Source: Dehalococcoidia bacterium (lineage in GTDB: Bacteria > Chloroflexota > Dehalococcoidia > UBA2979). Taken from it: a stretch of DNA of 64,000 bases. Positions 30,068 through 39,395 of the stretch are shown in pieces. Under the pieces are notes generated by a model, which was given only the letters and a program-made list of their open reading frames with translations, ran no database searches and was not told where the DNA came from. Every line of letters begins with the position of its first letter. The stretch's first letter is position 1. The stretch lies in the NCBI GenBank assembly GCA_965262725.1, contig OZ253555.1, forward strand, positions 2,720,001-2,784,000, read 5' to 3'. Both the position numbers and the translations under genes were made by a program.

Positions 30068-31414
30068 GTGGACACGGCCGCACCCGGCCTCGCGGCGCTC
30101 CGCCGAGCGCTCCCGCAGGGGCGCGAGCGCGACCCCGCCGCCTATCCCATCGAAGGACGTCTACCGGCTATCGCGCTCGCGCCGCGGGTGCGGGAGGAGC
30201 TGGCAGCCGCGCTCGCCGCGGCCGCACCCGGCGGGCTCGGCGTGGTGCCACAGGCGGGCCGGACTGCGCTCGCGACGGGCGGGCCGCTTCGGCGGTACGA
30301 CGTGGCGCTCGATCTCCGGGACCTCGACCGGGTTGTGGAGCACGAGCCGGCCGATCTCACGATCACGGTCGAGGCCGGGATGTCCCTCGGCGCCCTCGGC
30401 GAACTGCTCCGCCCGCACGGCCAGCAGCTTCCCCTCGACCCGCCGGGCGGCGACGCGGTGTCGGTGGGCGGGATGCTCGCGACCGCCCGCCCGGGCAGCT
30501 GGCGCGGCCTGCTGCCGGGGGCGGGGGATCTGCTGCTCGGGGCAACGGTCGCGCTGCCCGACGGGACGCTCGCACGCTCCGGCGGGCGCGTCGTGAAGAA
30601 CGTCGCCGGCTACGATCTCCACCGTCTCCACACGGGAGCGCTCGGCGCCTTCGGGGTGATCGTCGAGGCCGCATTCAAGCTCGTGCCCCTCCCCGAGGCG
30701 ACTGCCACAATCGCCTGCCGCTGCCAGCATCTACCTCAGGCCGAGGCGCTCGCTCGCGCGCTCCGCACGACGCCGCTCGCCATACGAGGACTGGCGCTGG
30801 TCGGCTCACGCGCGTCCGCAGAGGCGGACCTCGCGGAGACACCACACGTGCTCGTCGGGCTCTCGGGCGCCGCCTCTGCTATCCAGCGCTCGCTGCGGGA
30901 AGTACAGCGGTGCTGCCGCCTGGCGCACGTGCCGCACGCCGAGATGCGCGGCGACGACGGGGCGTGGGCGACACTCCGCGACCTCGCCGCTGCCACCGGA
31001 CCGGTGGGCGACGGGGGTGACGGCACGCCCATCGTCGTGAGGAGTTCCCTACCCGTCTCGGCGCTCGCCGGCGTGCTTCAGGAGGCGGAGGATGCCGGCT
31101 TCGCCGCCTGGGCGTACGTCGCTGCGGGGTCGCTGCTCGCCGCCGCCCCCCCGTCCGGGGTCGATGCGGATGCAGCGCGCGTCGCAGCGCTGCGCGCGCG
31201 CTGCGACGCGGCCGGCGGCACACTCGCGATCGAGGCCGGGCCGCCGGCGCTCCGGGCCGCGCTCGACCCGACAGCCGGTGCCCAAGACGAGGTCGCGCTC
31301 GATCTGGCGCGAGAGCTGCGCCGCCGCTTCGACCCTCTTCGAACGGTGAACCCGGGGCGCTGGCCACGCATCGACGCCCCCTTCGCGCCGGCCAGCGAAT
31401 CGGGTGCTCCGTGA
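30068..31414 (+). CDS. glcE: Glycolate oxidase FAD-binding subunit
   Basis: 'EHEPADLTITVEAG', 'GGRVVKNVAGYDL', 'FDP...NPGR'; between glcD and glcF; alternative start 30032. Confidence 0.85.
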   Translation: MDTAAPGLAALRRALPQGRERDPAAYPIEGRLPAIALAPRVREELAAALAAAAPGGLGVVPQAGRTALATGGPLRRYDVALDLRDLDRVVEHEPADLTITVEAGMSLGALGELLRPHGQQLPLDPPGGDAVSVGGMLATARPGSWRGLLPGAGDLLLGATVALPDGTLARSGGRVVKNVAGYDLHRLHTGALGAFGVIVEAAFKLVPLPEATATIACRCQHLPQAEALARALRTTPLAIRGLALVGSRASAEADLAETPHVLVGLSGAASAIQRSLREVQRCCRLAHVPHAEMRGDDGAWATLRDLAAATGPVGDGGDGTPIVVRSSLPVSALAGVLQEAEDAGFAAWAYVAAGSLLAAAPPSGVDADAARVAALRARCDAAGGTLAIEAGPPALRAALDPTAGAQDEVALDLARELRRRFDPLRTVNPGRWPRIDAPFAPASESGAP

Positions 31415-32793
31415 CGCCCGAGGCACAGGCCGGGCCCTTGGCCGCCGCCGGGCACCGAGCGCCGACGGACGAGGCGGCCTGGGCCGGGCCGGATGCCCCG
31501 TCCATCGCCGACCTGCGCAACTGCATCCACTGCGGCTTCTGCCTCCCCGCCTGCCCCACCTACCTCGCGACCGGGCAGGAGCTCGAGTCACCCCGCGGTC
31601 GGCTGCACTTGATCCGGGCCGTCGTCGAGGGACGTGCGCAGCCGACAAGCGCGCTGCTGGGACATCTCGATCTCTGCCTGCAGTGCCGTGCGTGCGAGAC
31701 CGCCTGCCCCTCCGGTGTCCCGTACGGGCGGATCATGGAGGATGCCCGCGCCTCGGTCATGGCGTCGCCCCCGGATGACTCGCCGGCCCGTCCGCCGCAC
31801 CGGCCAGCCGCCTGGCGGTTCCGCGTCCTCGTCCTTCGGCACGTGGTGGCGCGGCCCGGCGTGCTGCGGGCCCTGGCGACGATCCTGCGACTCTACGGTC
31901 GGTCGGGGCTGCAGCGCCTCGTCCGCGGGCGGCTCGGCCGCGCGCTGCCCGAGGGACTCCGCTGGCGCGAGGGTCAGCTTCCCGACCGCTGGCCGGCGCC
32001 GTTCCGCGCCTCGGGCCGCCTCGCGCGGCCTGCGGGGGCGAGCAGGCGGGTCGCCCTGCTCACGGGCTGCATCCATGGCGAGCTCTTCCCCGAGACGCAC
32101 GAGGCGACCGTGCGCGTGCTCGACCGGCTCGGGGTCGAGGTCGTGGCGCCGCCGGCGCAGCGGTGCTGCGGGGCGCTCCTTGCGCATGCCGGCGATGCCG
32201 AGGCGGCCCGCGCGCTCGCACGAGCGAACATTGCCGCCTTCGAGGAGGCCGGCCTGAAGGACGTCGTCGTCAACGCCGCCGGCTGCGGCGCCGCGATGAA
32301 GGAGTACGGGCGTCTGCTGCGCCATGACCCCGCGTGGGCGGAGCGCGCCGAGCGCTTCGCCGGCGGCGTGCACGACGTGCTCGAGTTCGTGGCGGCCGAG
32401 CCCTTCGCGGAGGCAGGCCTCGGGCGCGTCGAGTGCAGCGTGACGTTGCAGGAGGCGTGTCACCTCGCGCACGCGCAGCGGATCCGCGAGGCGCCGCGTG
32501 CCATCCTCCGCGCGATACCCGGGTTGCGACTGGTGGAGATGACGACGCCCGATCGCTGCTGCGGATCCGCGGGGATCTACTCGGCTGTACAGCCGGAGAT
32601 GTCCGCTCGCGTGCTCGAGGCGAAGATGGAGGACGTCGCCTCGACCGGCGCCTCCGTCGTCGCCACCGCCAACCCCGGCTGCACGCTCCAGCTGCGTGCG
32701 GGGATCCGCCGCCGCGGAATCGACGCCGATGCTCGCCACGTCATCGAGCTCCTCGATGAGGCGTACCACGCCGGACCTTCGCGTCGACCGTAG
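31411..32793 (+). CDS. glcF: Glycolate oxidase iron-sulfur subunit
   Basis: Two CxxCxxCxxxCP motifs and CCG domains ('CCGA', 'CCGSAG', 'ANPGC'). Confidence 0.9.
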   Translation: MTPEAQAGPLAAAGHRAPTDEAAWAGPDAPSIADLRNCIHCGFCLPACPTYLATGQELESPRGRLHLIRAVVEGRAQPTSALLGHLDLCLQCRACETACPSGVPYGRIMEDARASVMASPPDDSPARPPHRPAAWRFRVLVLRHVVARPGVLRALATILRLYGRSGLQRLVRGRLGRALPEGLRWREGQLPDRWPAPFRASGRLARPAGASRRVALLTGCIHGELFPETHEATVRVLDRLGVEVVAPPAQRCCGALLAHAGDAEAARALARANIAAFEEAGLKDVVVNAAGCGAAMKEYGRLLRHDPAWAERAERFAGGVHDVLEFVAAEPFAEAGLGRVECSVTLQEACHLAHAQRIREAPRAILRAIPGLRLVEMTTPDRCCGSAGIYSAVQPEMSARVLEAKMEDVASTGASVVATANPGCTLQLRAGIRRRGIDADARHVIELLDEAYHAGPSRRP

Positions 32794-32889
32794 CGGGCCG
32801 TAGCCGCCGGAAGAGGTGGCCGCGCCGCGGCCGCAGGTCGACACGGAGCAGGGACGAGCCGCCTCCGGTTCGCGGGCGCCTCCGCTCTC

Positions 32890-33681
32890 TCAAGACGAGG
32901 GCAGTTCCGCCCGGAAGACGGTGATCGCCTGTCCCCGCAGCTTCACGCGCTCGCCGCCGGCGTACACGCGCACCACACCGCCGCGGGCGGACGCCTGGTA
33001 GGCGGTGAACTCCTCCCTGCCCGTCCGCATCCGCCAGTACGGACCGAGGCAGCAGTGCGCCGACCCGGTCACGGGGTCCTCGTTCACGCCCGTCGCCGGC
33101 GCGAAGAACCGCGAGACGAAGTCGTAGCCCGGCGTCGCGCTCTTCGCCGTGACGATCACGCCCCGCGTGTCGACTGCCCGCATCCGGTGGAGATCCGGAC
33201 GCAACGCGCGCACGGCTTCTTCGGACTCCAGCTCGGCCAGGTAGTCGAAGCGGCCACGCCCGAGATACCGACACTCCACGCCGAGCGCCTCGATCAGATC
33301 CGGCGGCGGCGTCACCGGACGGGGCGGGTCGGCCGGGAAGTCGAGCTCAACCCACCCGTCGCAGAGGCGCGCGGTCAGCAGGCCGGACCGCGTGTGGAAC
33401 TGGATCTCGTCGGCGGGAGCAGACACTCCCTGCTCCCAGAGGACGTGAGCGGCCGCCAGCGTTGCGTGCCCGCACAGGTCGACCTCCACGGTCGGCGTGA
33501 ACCACCGGAGGCCGAACGCCCCGTCCGGGCGATGCTCGAGAAACGCTGTCTCCGACAGGTTCATCTCGCTTGCGAGCGACTGCATCCAGACGGCGCCCCG
33601 GGGCTCGGCGAACAGGCACACCGCTGCGGGGTTACCGCCAAACAACGTGTCCGTGAAGGCATCGACCTGGGTGATGAGCAT
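32890..33681 (-). CDS. PhzF family isomerase
   Basis: 'QVDAFT...GNPAAV', 'EMNLSETAF', 'EVDLCGHATLA', 'EDPVTGSAH'. Confidence 0.95.
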   Translation of the reverse strand: MLITQVDAFTDTLFGGNPAAVCLFAEPRGAVWMQSLASEMNLSETAFLEHRPDGAFGLRWFTPTVEVDLCGHATLAAAHVLWEQGVSAPADEIQFHTRSGLLTARLCDGWVELDFPADPPRPVTPPPDLIEALGVECRYLGRGRFDYLAELESEEAVRALRPDLHRMRAVDTRGVIVTAKSATPGYDFVSRFFAPATGVNEDPVTGSAHCCLGPYWRMRTGREEFTAYQASARGGVVRVYAGGERVKLRGQAITVFRAELPSS

Positions 33682-33786
33682 GCCAGCAGCATAAGTGACG
33701 CGATCTCAGTGGTGGACGGCGTTCGACTCCGTCGGCGCCACGTCCGGCGCCGGACCCTTCACAGAATGACCTGCCGGGGCCGCCAT

Positions 33787-34386
33787 CTAGCCCTCCCCGC
33801 CGGCGCCGCGGCGCCCACACGACAGGGTCCCGAGCCACTCCTTCGTGGCCTTCGGCGAGCGTAGCCGGACGAGCCCCAGATGCGAGAACTCCGGCTGCTC
33901 CAGGTCTCGAGGAATCTCCTGGCGGTGTCGTCCATGAGTCCGTAGCGCCCACAGGAACAGCGAGTCCCGGGTGAGGAACTGTCGCCAGAGCTTCTCCCGG
34001 TTGCCATTCCACAGCTCGAGGCGAAAGACTCCGCGGCTCACGGTCCGCCGGAAGAGACGCCACATGACGACGCAGAGGGGGTAGTCCACCCACACCAGGA
34101 GAGTGGCCCTCGGCCACACGGTGCTGCGGGCGATGCGATAGTTCCCGTCGCCCACCCAGGTGTGGCCCTTCAGGGCACATCGCAGCCGTTCCCTGAACAC
34201 CTCGTCCGGCGTCTCAGTCCAGTTCCGGCCGTGGCGGTAGGCGTCGAACTCGACGTGGCGTGCATCAAGCGCCCGAGCGATCTCCCGGGCAAGGGTTGTC
34301 TTTCCGGCGCCGGTGGTGCCCACGACAACGATGCGGTCGGTCTTCCGAGGGGAGCGGCCAGGCTCGGTACGCGCACGGTCGACCAT
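33787..34386 (-). CDS. Adenylate-kinase-like P-loop protein (FlaR/topology modulation family)
   Basis: Walker A 'GTTGAGKTT', 'WVGDGNY', 'LWNGNRE'. Confidence 0.85.
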   Translation of the reverse strand: MVDRARTEPGRSPRKTDRIVVVGTTGAGKTTLAREIARALDARHVEFDAYRHGRNWTETPDEVFRERLRCALKGHTWVGDGNYRIARSTVWPRATLLVWVDYPLCVVMWRLFRRTVSRGVFRLELWNGNREKLWRQFLTRDSLFLWALRTHGRHRQEIPRDLEQPEFSHLGLVRLRSPKATKEWLGTLSCGRRGAGGEG

Positions 34387-34439
34387 CTCGCGAAGCCCGT
34401 GACCTAGGTAGCTGCAGCGCGCACGGCGAGCACGGGCCC

Positions 34440-36131
34440 TTACGGCCCCGCAGCAGGCGCGGCCGCCACGCTCCACAGCGGCGCCAGATGACCCGCGTTG
34501 AACTCGTATCCATCCCACTCGTAGCCGTCGATGCCCGCGGCGAGGTCCACTCTCTCGCGCGGCGCGAAGAGGGGGAACATCGCCGGCACCTGCTGGAGCA
34601 GCAACCGCTGCGCCTCACGCGCCTGCCGCGCCCGCTCCTCGGGCGTGATCTCGCCGAGAACCCGCCTCACCGCCGCGTCGTAGAGCGGGCTGGAGTAGCC
34701 CCAGGGCGAGAAGCGCCCCTCGGCGCCCCCCGACGTGTGCAGCCGCAGCCCGACCTCCGGCGTCGCCAGCTCCCCGAACTCAAAGAGCGTCGCCTCGAAG
34801 TCGCCTGCCTCGAACGAACGGTGCCACGCCGCAGGTTCCCTGAGCGCGAGCTGGGGTTGGAATCCAACGTTCTCGAGCTGCGCGACAAGCAGCTGTGCGA
34901 GCTCTCCCATTCCCTCGATCGCCGGGGCGTCGAGACGGAACGACAGACCCGCGTGCCCCGCCTCCTCGAGCAGGGATCGCGCAGCCGTGGGGTCGTGGAC
35001 GAGCAGTGGATGCCGCGCGAGCGTCTGCTGGGGGAGGGCGTCCGCAGCCCACGCCGGTCCGACCGGCCCGCTCGGTTCGCCGTCCCCGGCCGCCGCGAGA
35101 ACTGCGCGGTCGAGGGCGTGGGAGACGGCGGAGCGCACCCTCACGTCCTGGAACGCCTCCACCCACTTCACCTTGACGCCGCCCTTTTCGGGAAGGAGCG
35201 AGAGCCCTAGGCCCCGAAGCTTCCGCGACGGGCGCGCAAGGCGTCGGGCGCCGGTGATCCCCGGTGCTGCGCCCCGCCCGCCCGCGCCGGGGAGCACGTC
35301 GATCTGGCCGAGAGCGAAGGCGTCAGCGAGCTCTGCCTCGTCCCCGACGCGGAGGAGCGCGACCGACTCAATGCGCGGGAGGGGGGCGCGGTGGTAGAGC
35401 CGGCTCGCGATCAGGAGGTCGCCGCCCGCGTCGCGCGTGACCGGTAGGAACGGACCGCTCCCGAGGGGAGCAGCATGGCTCACATAGCTCGCCTCGTGCC
35501 CTACCCCGGCGCGGGACGCGTCGGCGAGGTACTCGAAGAGCAGGGAGAATGGCGCGCGCAACCTGAGGACCACCTCCTCCAGGGTCGGCGCTTCCACCGA
35601 CCGCACGACCTCCGCGAAGAGGAACTCACCCGCGTCGCGCCGGCGCGTGAAGTCTCTCCGCACATCCTCCGCCGTCAGGGCGGCGGCGAGTCCGTCGGCG
35701 TCCGGATGGAAATGCAGGCCGGGCCGCATCCGGAAGCGAACGGTGAGCGCCTCCCCGTCGACCTCCACCGACCTCGCGAGGTCGCCGTAGACGGTGCCGT
35801 CGCGAGGATCGACGGCGATGAGGCAGGAGTAGACGAGCGGCAGCGCCTGGTCGGGGAGTGCGGCATCTCCCCTCCCCCGGTGGCCGACGACGCCGAGCCG
35901 CAGTCGCCCCGCGCGCGGGGCGGCCGGGGGAAAGGGCCACTCCGCGAGTTCGGCCCTGCCGCCTTTCCCTCCACCGAGCGGGAACACTCTCACGCCGCCG
36001 CCGCAGCTCGTGAGCAGGAGCGCCGCGGCGGCGCCCGCCCCCAGACGCAGCAGCTCGCGGCGGCTCCGGCGGCGCGCGGTCGCGGGTCCACGTCGGGGCC
36101 GCGGTAGCGGGGAGCGGCGGTGTTCGGTCAT
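34440..36131 (-). CDS. ABC transporter substrate-binding protein, family 5; Tat-lipoprotein
   Basis: 'SRRELLR' twin-arginine, lipobox 'LLTSC', 'GDLARS', 'GSGPF', 'DVRVRSAVSHALDR'. Confidence 0.8.
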   Translation of the reverse strand: MTEHRRSPLPRPRRGPATARRRSRRELLRLGAGAAAALLLTSCGGGVRVFPLGGGKGGRAELAEWPFPPAAPRAGRLRLGVVGHRGRGDAALPDQALPLVYSCLIAVDPRDGTVYGDLARSVEVDGEALTVRFRMRPGLHFHPDADGLAAALTAEDVRRDFTRRRDAGEFLFAEVVRSVEAPTLEEVVLRLRAPFSLLFEYLADASRAGVGHEASYVSHAAPLGSGPFLPVTRDAGGDLLIASRLYHRAPLPRIESVALLRVGDEAELADAFALGQIDVLPGAGGRGAAPGITGARRLARPSRKLRGLGLSLLPEKGGVKVKWVEAFQDVRVRSAVSHALDRAVLAAAGDGEPSGPVGPAWAADALPQQTLARHPLLVHDPTAARSLLEEAGHAGLSFRLDAPAIEGMGELAQLLVAQLENVGFQPQLALREPAAWHRSFEAGDFEATLFEFGELATPEVGLRLHTSGGAEGRFSPWGYSSPLYDAAVRRVLGEITPEERARQAREAQRLLLQQVPAMFPLFAPRERVDLAAGIDGYEWDGYEFNAGHLAPLWSVAAAPAAGP

Positions 36132-36287
36132 CGGGCCGAGCCTCCGGGACGAGGGCGGCGCCCACGCGGCGCTCGACGACGTTATGACATGCCGACGGCG
36201 CGGTGCCCGCGCGACCGATCGTAGCGCCGCCCGCGGCGCGGGCGCCATCGCGCACCCCGCGAGCCGCGACGTGCCTACACTCGGAGC

Positions 36288-36833
36288 GTGCAGACACCTC
36301 CCCTCGCACCTCGCCGCGCGCAGAGCTCCTGGAAGGTGCTCGCCATAGTCGGCACGGCGGCCCTGCTCGCGATCACAGGGATCGCCGCGTGCACGGGGCT
36401 GGTGCTCACGCGCGTACAGGACGACGTGCTGACGCTCACCCTCGACGACGTCAGGCCGGGAAGCGCGCGGCTCGTGCCGCTGATCCGCTTCGGAGCGGAC
36501 ACGGCAGGACGGACGCACGGCCTCTGGGTCGTACGTCGTGGCGACGGCCCGGTCGTCGCCCTGCTCACGATCGATCCGCACTCGGGCTGCCGCGTGGAGT
36601 GGCGCGCAGACGAGCAGTTCGGGGGATTCTCACCGATCCTGCGCGACCCGTGCGCCGGATCGGTCTACGACGCGGCTGGCATCCGCCTCTTCGGCCCTGC
36701 GCCGCGCGGCCTCGACCGCTTCCCCACCACCGTCGACCGCGACGCGGGGAAGATCGCGATCGAGATCACGCGGCCGCAGACCGGGCCGCCATCCTCAGGG
36801 ATCCGGCAAGCCACGGCCCCGGCCGGCGACTGA
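36288..36833 (+). CDS. Membrane-anchored Rieske-fold protein with substituted cluster ligands
   Basis: N-terminal TM; 'DPHSGC' and 'DPCAGSVYD..G...GPAPRGLDRF' align with Rieske boxes I and II. Confidence 0.75.
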   Translation: MQTPPLAPRRAQSSWKVLAIVGTAALLAITGIAACTGLVLTRVQDDVLTLTLDDVRPGSARLVPLIRFGADTAGRTHGLWVVRRGDGPVVALLTIDPHSGCRVEWRADEQFGGFSPILRDPCAGSVYDAAGIRLFGPAPRGLDRFPTTVDRDAGKIAIEITRPQTGPPSSGIRQATAPAGD

Positions 36834-36953
36834 GGGCGCCCGCTTCAGGAGCTCCCGCGACTCGGCCGACTGACACGAAGCGGTCTCCCGGCGGGCGGTG
36901 GGGAGGGGGGACCGCGTCTCTCCCTGGGCGTCTCTACGGCTCTTGAGGCGTGA

Positions 36954-37313
36954 TCACCAGACGCCGAGCATCATCTTGACCTCCTCGGAGGCCATGATGC
37001 GCGGATCCCACGGAGGGTCCCAGACGATGTTCACCTCGACGTCCTCGACACCGGGGAGCTGGCTGACCAGGTGATAGATCTGCCCCTGCAGCATCGGCCC
37101 CACGGGGCACCCCGGCGACGTGAGAGTCATCGTGACCGTCGTGACCCCGTCATCGTCGATATCGATGCCGTAGACGAGACCCAGCTCCACTATGCTCATG
37201 CGGAGTTCGGGATCCTCGACGGTGCGCACCACCTCCATCAGGTCATCGGCAGTGGGACGGGCACCGAGATCCCCGCCCGCGTCGGGCGCCGTCTCCGTGC
37301 TCTGCTCAGTCAT
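36954..37313 (-). CDS. sufT: DUF59/SufT Fe-S assembly factor
   Basis: 'VEDPELRMSIVELGLVY', 'MTLTSPGCP', 'WDPPW'. Confidence 0.9.
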   Translation of the reverse strand: MTEQSTETAPDAGGDLGARPTADDLMEVVRTVEDPELRMSIVELGLVYGIDIDDDGVTTVTMTLTSPGCPVGPMLQGQIYHLVSQLPGVEDVEVNIVWDPPWDPRIMASEEVKMMLGVW

Positions 37314-37800
37314 CGGCGGAACTCCTCTCATCCGTTGTGACGCGGCTGGCCGCGCGCGGCTCGCTCCGGCTGGCGACCAGAAGCGCCTGCTCGAGCGTCT
37401 TCCACCCGAGCGACGCGCACTTTACGCGCACCGGGAATTTCGCGACGCCGGCGAGCGCCTCTAGGTCGCCGAAGTCCCCGGACACCTCCCCCGAGGTCAT
37501 CATCTCCTGGAAGGCGTCCACGCCGGCCTTCGCCCGCTCGGCGGAGCCGCCCTCCACGTACTCCATCATCAGCGAGGCCGACGCCTGCGAGATCGAGCAC
37601 CCCGTCCCCTCGAAGGCCACCTCGACCACACGGCCCCGATCGTCGAGCCGGACGTCGACGGTGAGCTGATCGCCGCAGAGCGGGTTCGCGCCGTCGGCGG
37701 AGACGACTCCCCCTCCCGTCAGCCGGCCGCGCCGGCGCGGGTTGCGGTAGTGGTCGAGCAGGATCGCACGATAGAGATCGTCGACGTCAAGAGCCGGCAT
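37306..37800 (-). CDS. sufU: SUF system sulfur-transfer protein
   Basis: 'LYRAILLDHYRNPR', 'NPLCGD', 'GCSISQASAS', 'RVKCA'. Confidence 0.93.
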   Translation of the reverse strand: MPALDVDDLYRAILLDHYRNPRRRGRLTGGGVVSADGANPLCGDQLTVDVRLDDRGRVVEVAFEGTGCSISQASASLMMEYVEGGSAERAKAGVDAFQEMMTSGEVSGDFGDLEALAGVAKFPVRVKCASLGWKTLEQALLVASRSEPRAASRVTTDERSSADD

Positions 37801-39070
37801 CGCCGAAGAACCTCGCCGTCTCCCGGAGCGCCTCCGCGAGCGCGTCCAGCTCCGAGCGCGTGCTGTAGAGGTAGACCGAGGCACGGGTCGTCGCCGGCAC
37901 GCCGAGGCTCTGCATCACCGGCTGCGCGCAGTGGTGACCGGCCCGCACGGCGACGCCGTGGCTGCTGAGCAGCTGTCCTACGTCGTGCGGGTGCACGCCC
38001 TCCAGCGAGAACGAGAAGACCCCGCCGCGTTCGTCGGCATCGCGTGGGCCGTAGAGGGTCACTCCCGGCACGTCACCGAGCACCGCGAGCCCGTGGTCGA
38101 TCAGGTCGAGCTCGTGCCGCCTCACGGCGTCGAGACCGAGCGCTCCCAGATAGTCGATCGCCGTCCCGAACGCCACGACGTCCGCGAAGTTTGGCGTCCC
38201 CGCCTCGAAGCGGTGGGGGATGTCGTTCCAGGTCGAGCGCTCGAGCGAGACGGTGAGGATCATGTCGCCGCCGCCCATGAAGGGCTGCATCGACTGCAGC
38301 ACCTCCATTCGCCCCCAGAGCACACCGACTCCCGTCGGGCCGAGCATCTTGTGCGCCGAGAAGGCGAGGAAGTCGGCCCCGAGCTCGTTCACGTCGACGG
38401 GCATGTGCGGAACGCTCTGGGCGCCGTCGACGAGCACGAGCGCGCCCGCCTCATGAGCGAGGTCGGCGAGCTCCCGTACCGGGACGACCGTACCGAGGGC
38501 GTTCGAGACGTGCGTGATGGCGAGGAGCCGCGTGCGGGGCCCGATCGACGCGCGCGCTGCGTCGAGGTCGAGCGTGCCGTCGCCTCGCATCGGGATTACG
38601 CGCAGCGCGACGCCGCGCTCGTCGCGCAGCATCTGCCACGGGACGATGTTCGAGTGGTGCTCGATCTCCGAGATCACCACCTCGTCGCCGGGACCGAGGT
38701 GGGCGCGCCCCCACCCGTGCGCGACGAGATTGATCGCCTCCGTCGTCCCGCGCGTGAAGATGACCTCGCGCTCCGAGGCGCCACCAACGAGCGCGCGCAC
38801 CTTCTCCCGCACGCCCTCGTAGAGCTCGGTCGCCTCCACGGAGAGCGTGTGGACCCCTCGGTGCACGTTGGCGTTGTGATCGCGATAGAAGCGCGTCAGC
38901 GCCGCCATGACCTGCACGGGGCGTTGGGAGGTCGCCGCGGAGTCGAGGTAGACGAGGGGCCTGCCACCCACCCGCCGGCGCAGGATCGGGAAGTCGCGCC
39001 GGATCGCTTCGAGGTCGAAGGGGCGACGCGAGACGGCGTCCGATGTGATCCGATCGCTCGAGATCGTCAC
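37787..39070 (-). CDS. sufS: Cysteine desulfurase, SufS type
   Basis: 'YLDSAATSQ', 'NVHRGVH', 'EHHSNIVPW', 'SAHKMLGP', 'RAGHHCAQP'. Confidence 0.96.
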   Translation of the reverse strand: MTISSDRITSDAVSRRPFDLEAIRRDFPILRRRVGGRPLVYLDSAATSQRPVQVMAALTRFYRDHNANVHRGVHTLSVEATELYEGVREKVRALVGGASEREVIFTRGTTEAINLVAHGWGRAHLGPGDEVVISEIEHHSNIVPWQMLRDERGVALRVIPMRGDGTLDLDAARASIGPRTRLLAITHVSNALGTVVPVRELADLAHEAGALVLVDGAQSVPHMPVDVNELGADFLAFSAHKMLGPTGVGVLWGRMEVLQSMQPFMGGGDMILTVSLERSTWNDIPHRFEAGTPNFADVVAFGTAIDYLGALGLDAVRRHELDLIDHGLAVLGDVPGVTLYGPRDADERGGVFSFSLEGVHPHDVGQLLSSHGVAVRAGHHCAQPVMQSLGVPATTRASVYLYSTRSELDALAEALRETARFFGDAGS

Positions 39071-39083
39071 GCCTTGCGCGCTC

Positions 39084-39395
39084 TCACGACCCGCAGTCAA
39101 CGTAGACATCTCCACTCTCGACCGTAACGGCGTACGCGCGCACGCCGCGCACGGCCGGAAGCGTCAGCGCGCGTCCGCTCCGCGCGTCGAAGGCTGCGCC
39201 GTGCCGCGGGCAGATCACGCGCGCGCCGACGAGCCGTCCGTCGCCGAGCGGCCCGCCGTCGTGCGTGCAGAGGTTGTCGATGGCGTGGAGCTCGCCCTCG
39301 ACGTTGGCGAGCGCGATCGAGCGCTCGCCGCAGGCGACCGTGCGCACATGGCCCTCCGGCACGTCGGCTAGCGCACAGACGCGCACCCCGGTCAC
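39084..39395 (-). CDS. Rieske-type ferredoxin
   Basis: Intact 'CTH' and 'CPRHG' ligand boxes; inside the suf operon. Confidence 0.92.
   Translation of the reverse strand: MTGVRVCALADVPEGHVRTVACGERSIALANVEGELHAIDNLCTHDGGPLGDGRLVGARVICPRHGAAFDARSGRALTLPAVRGVRAYAVTVESGDVYVDCGS

Noticed and set aside
33709-33741. tRNA T-arm-like hairpin GACGGCGTTCGACTCCGTC...GCCA
   Set aside because: The loop is 9 nt rather than 7, there are no D or anticodon arms, and no integrase is nearby; not supportable as a tRNA or att site
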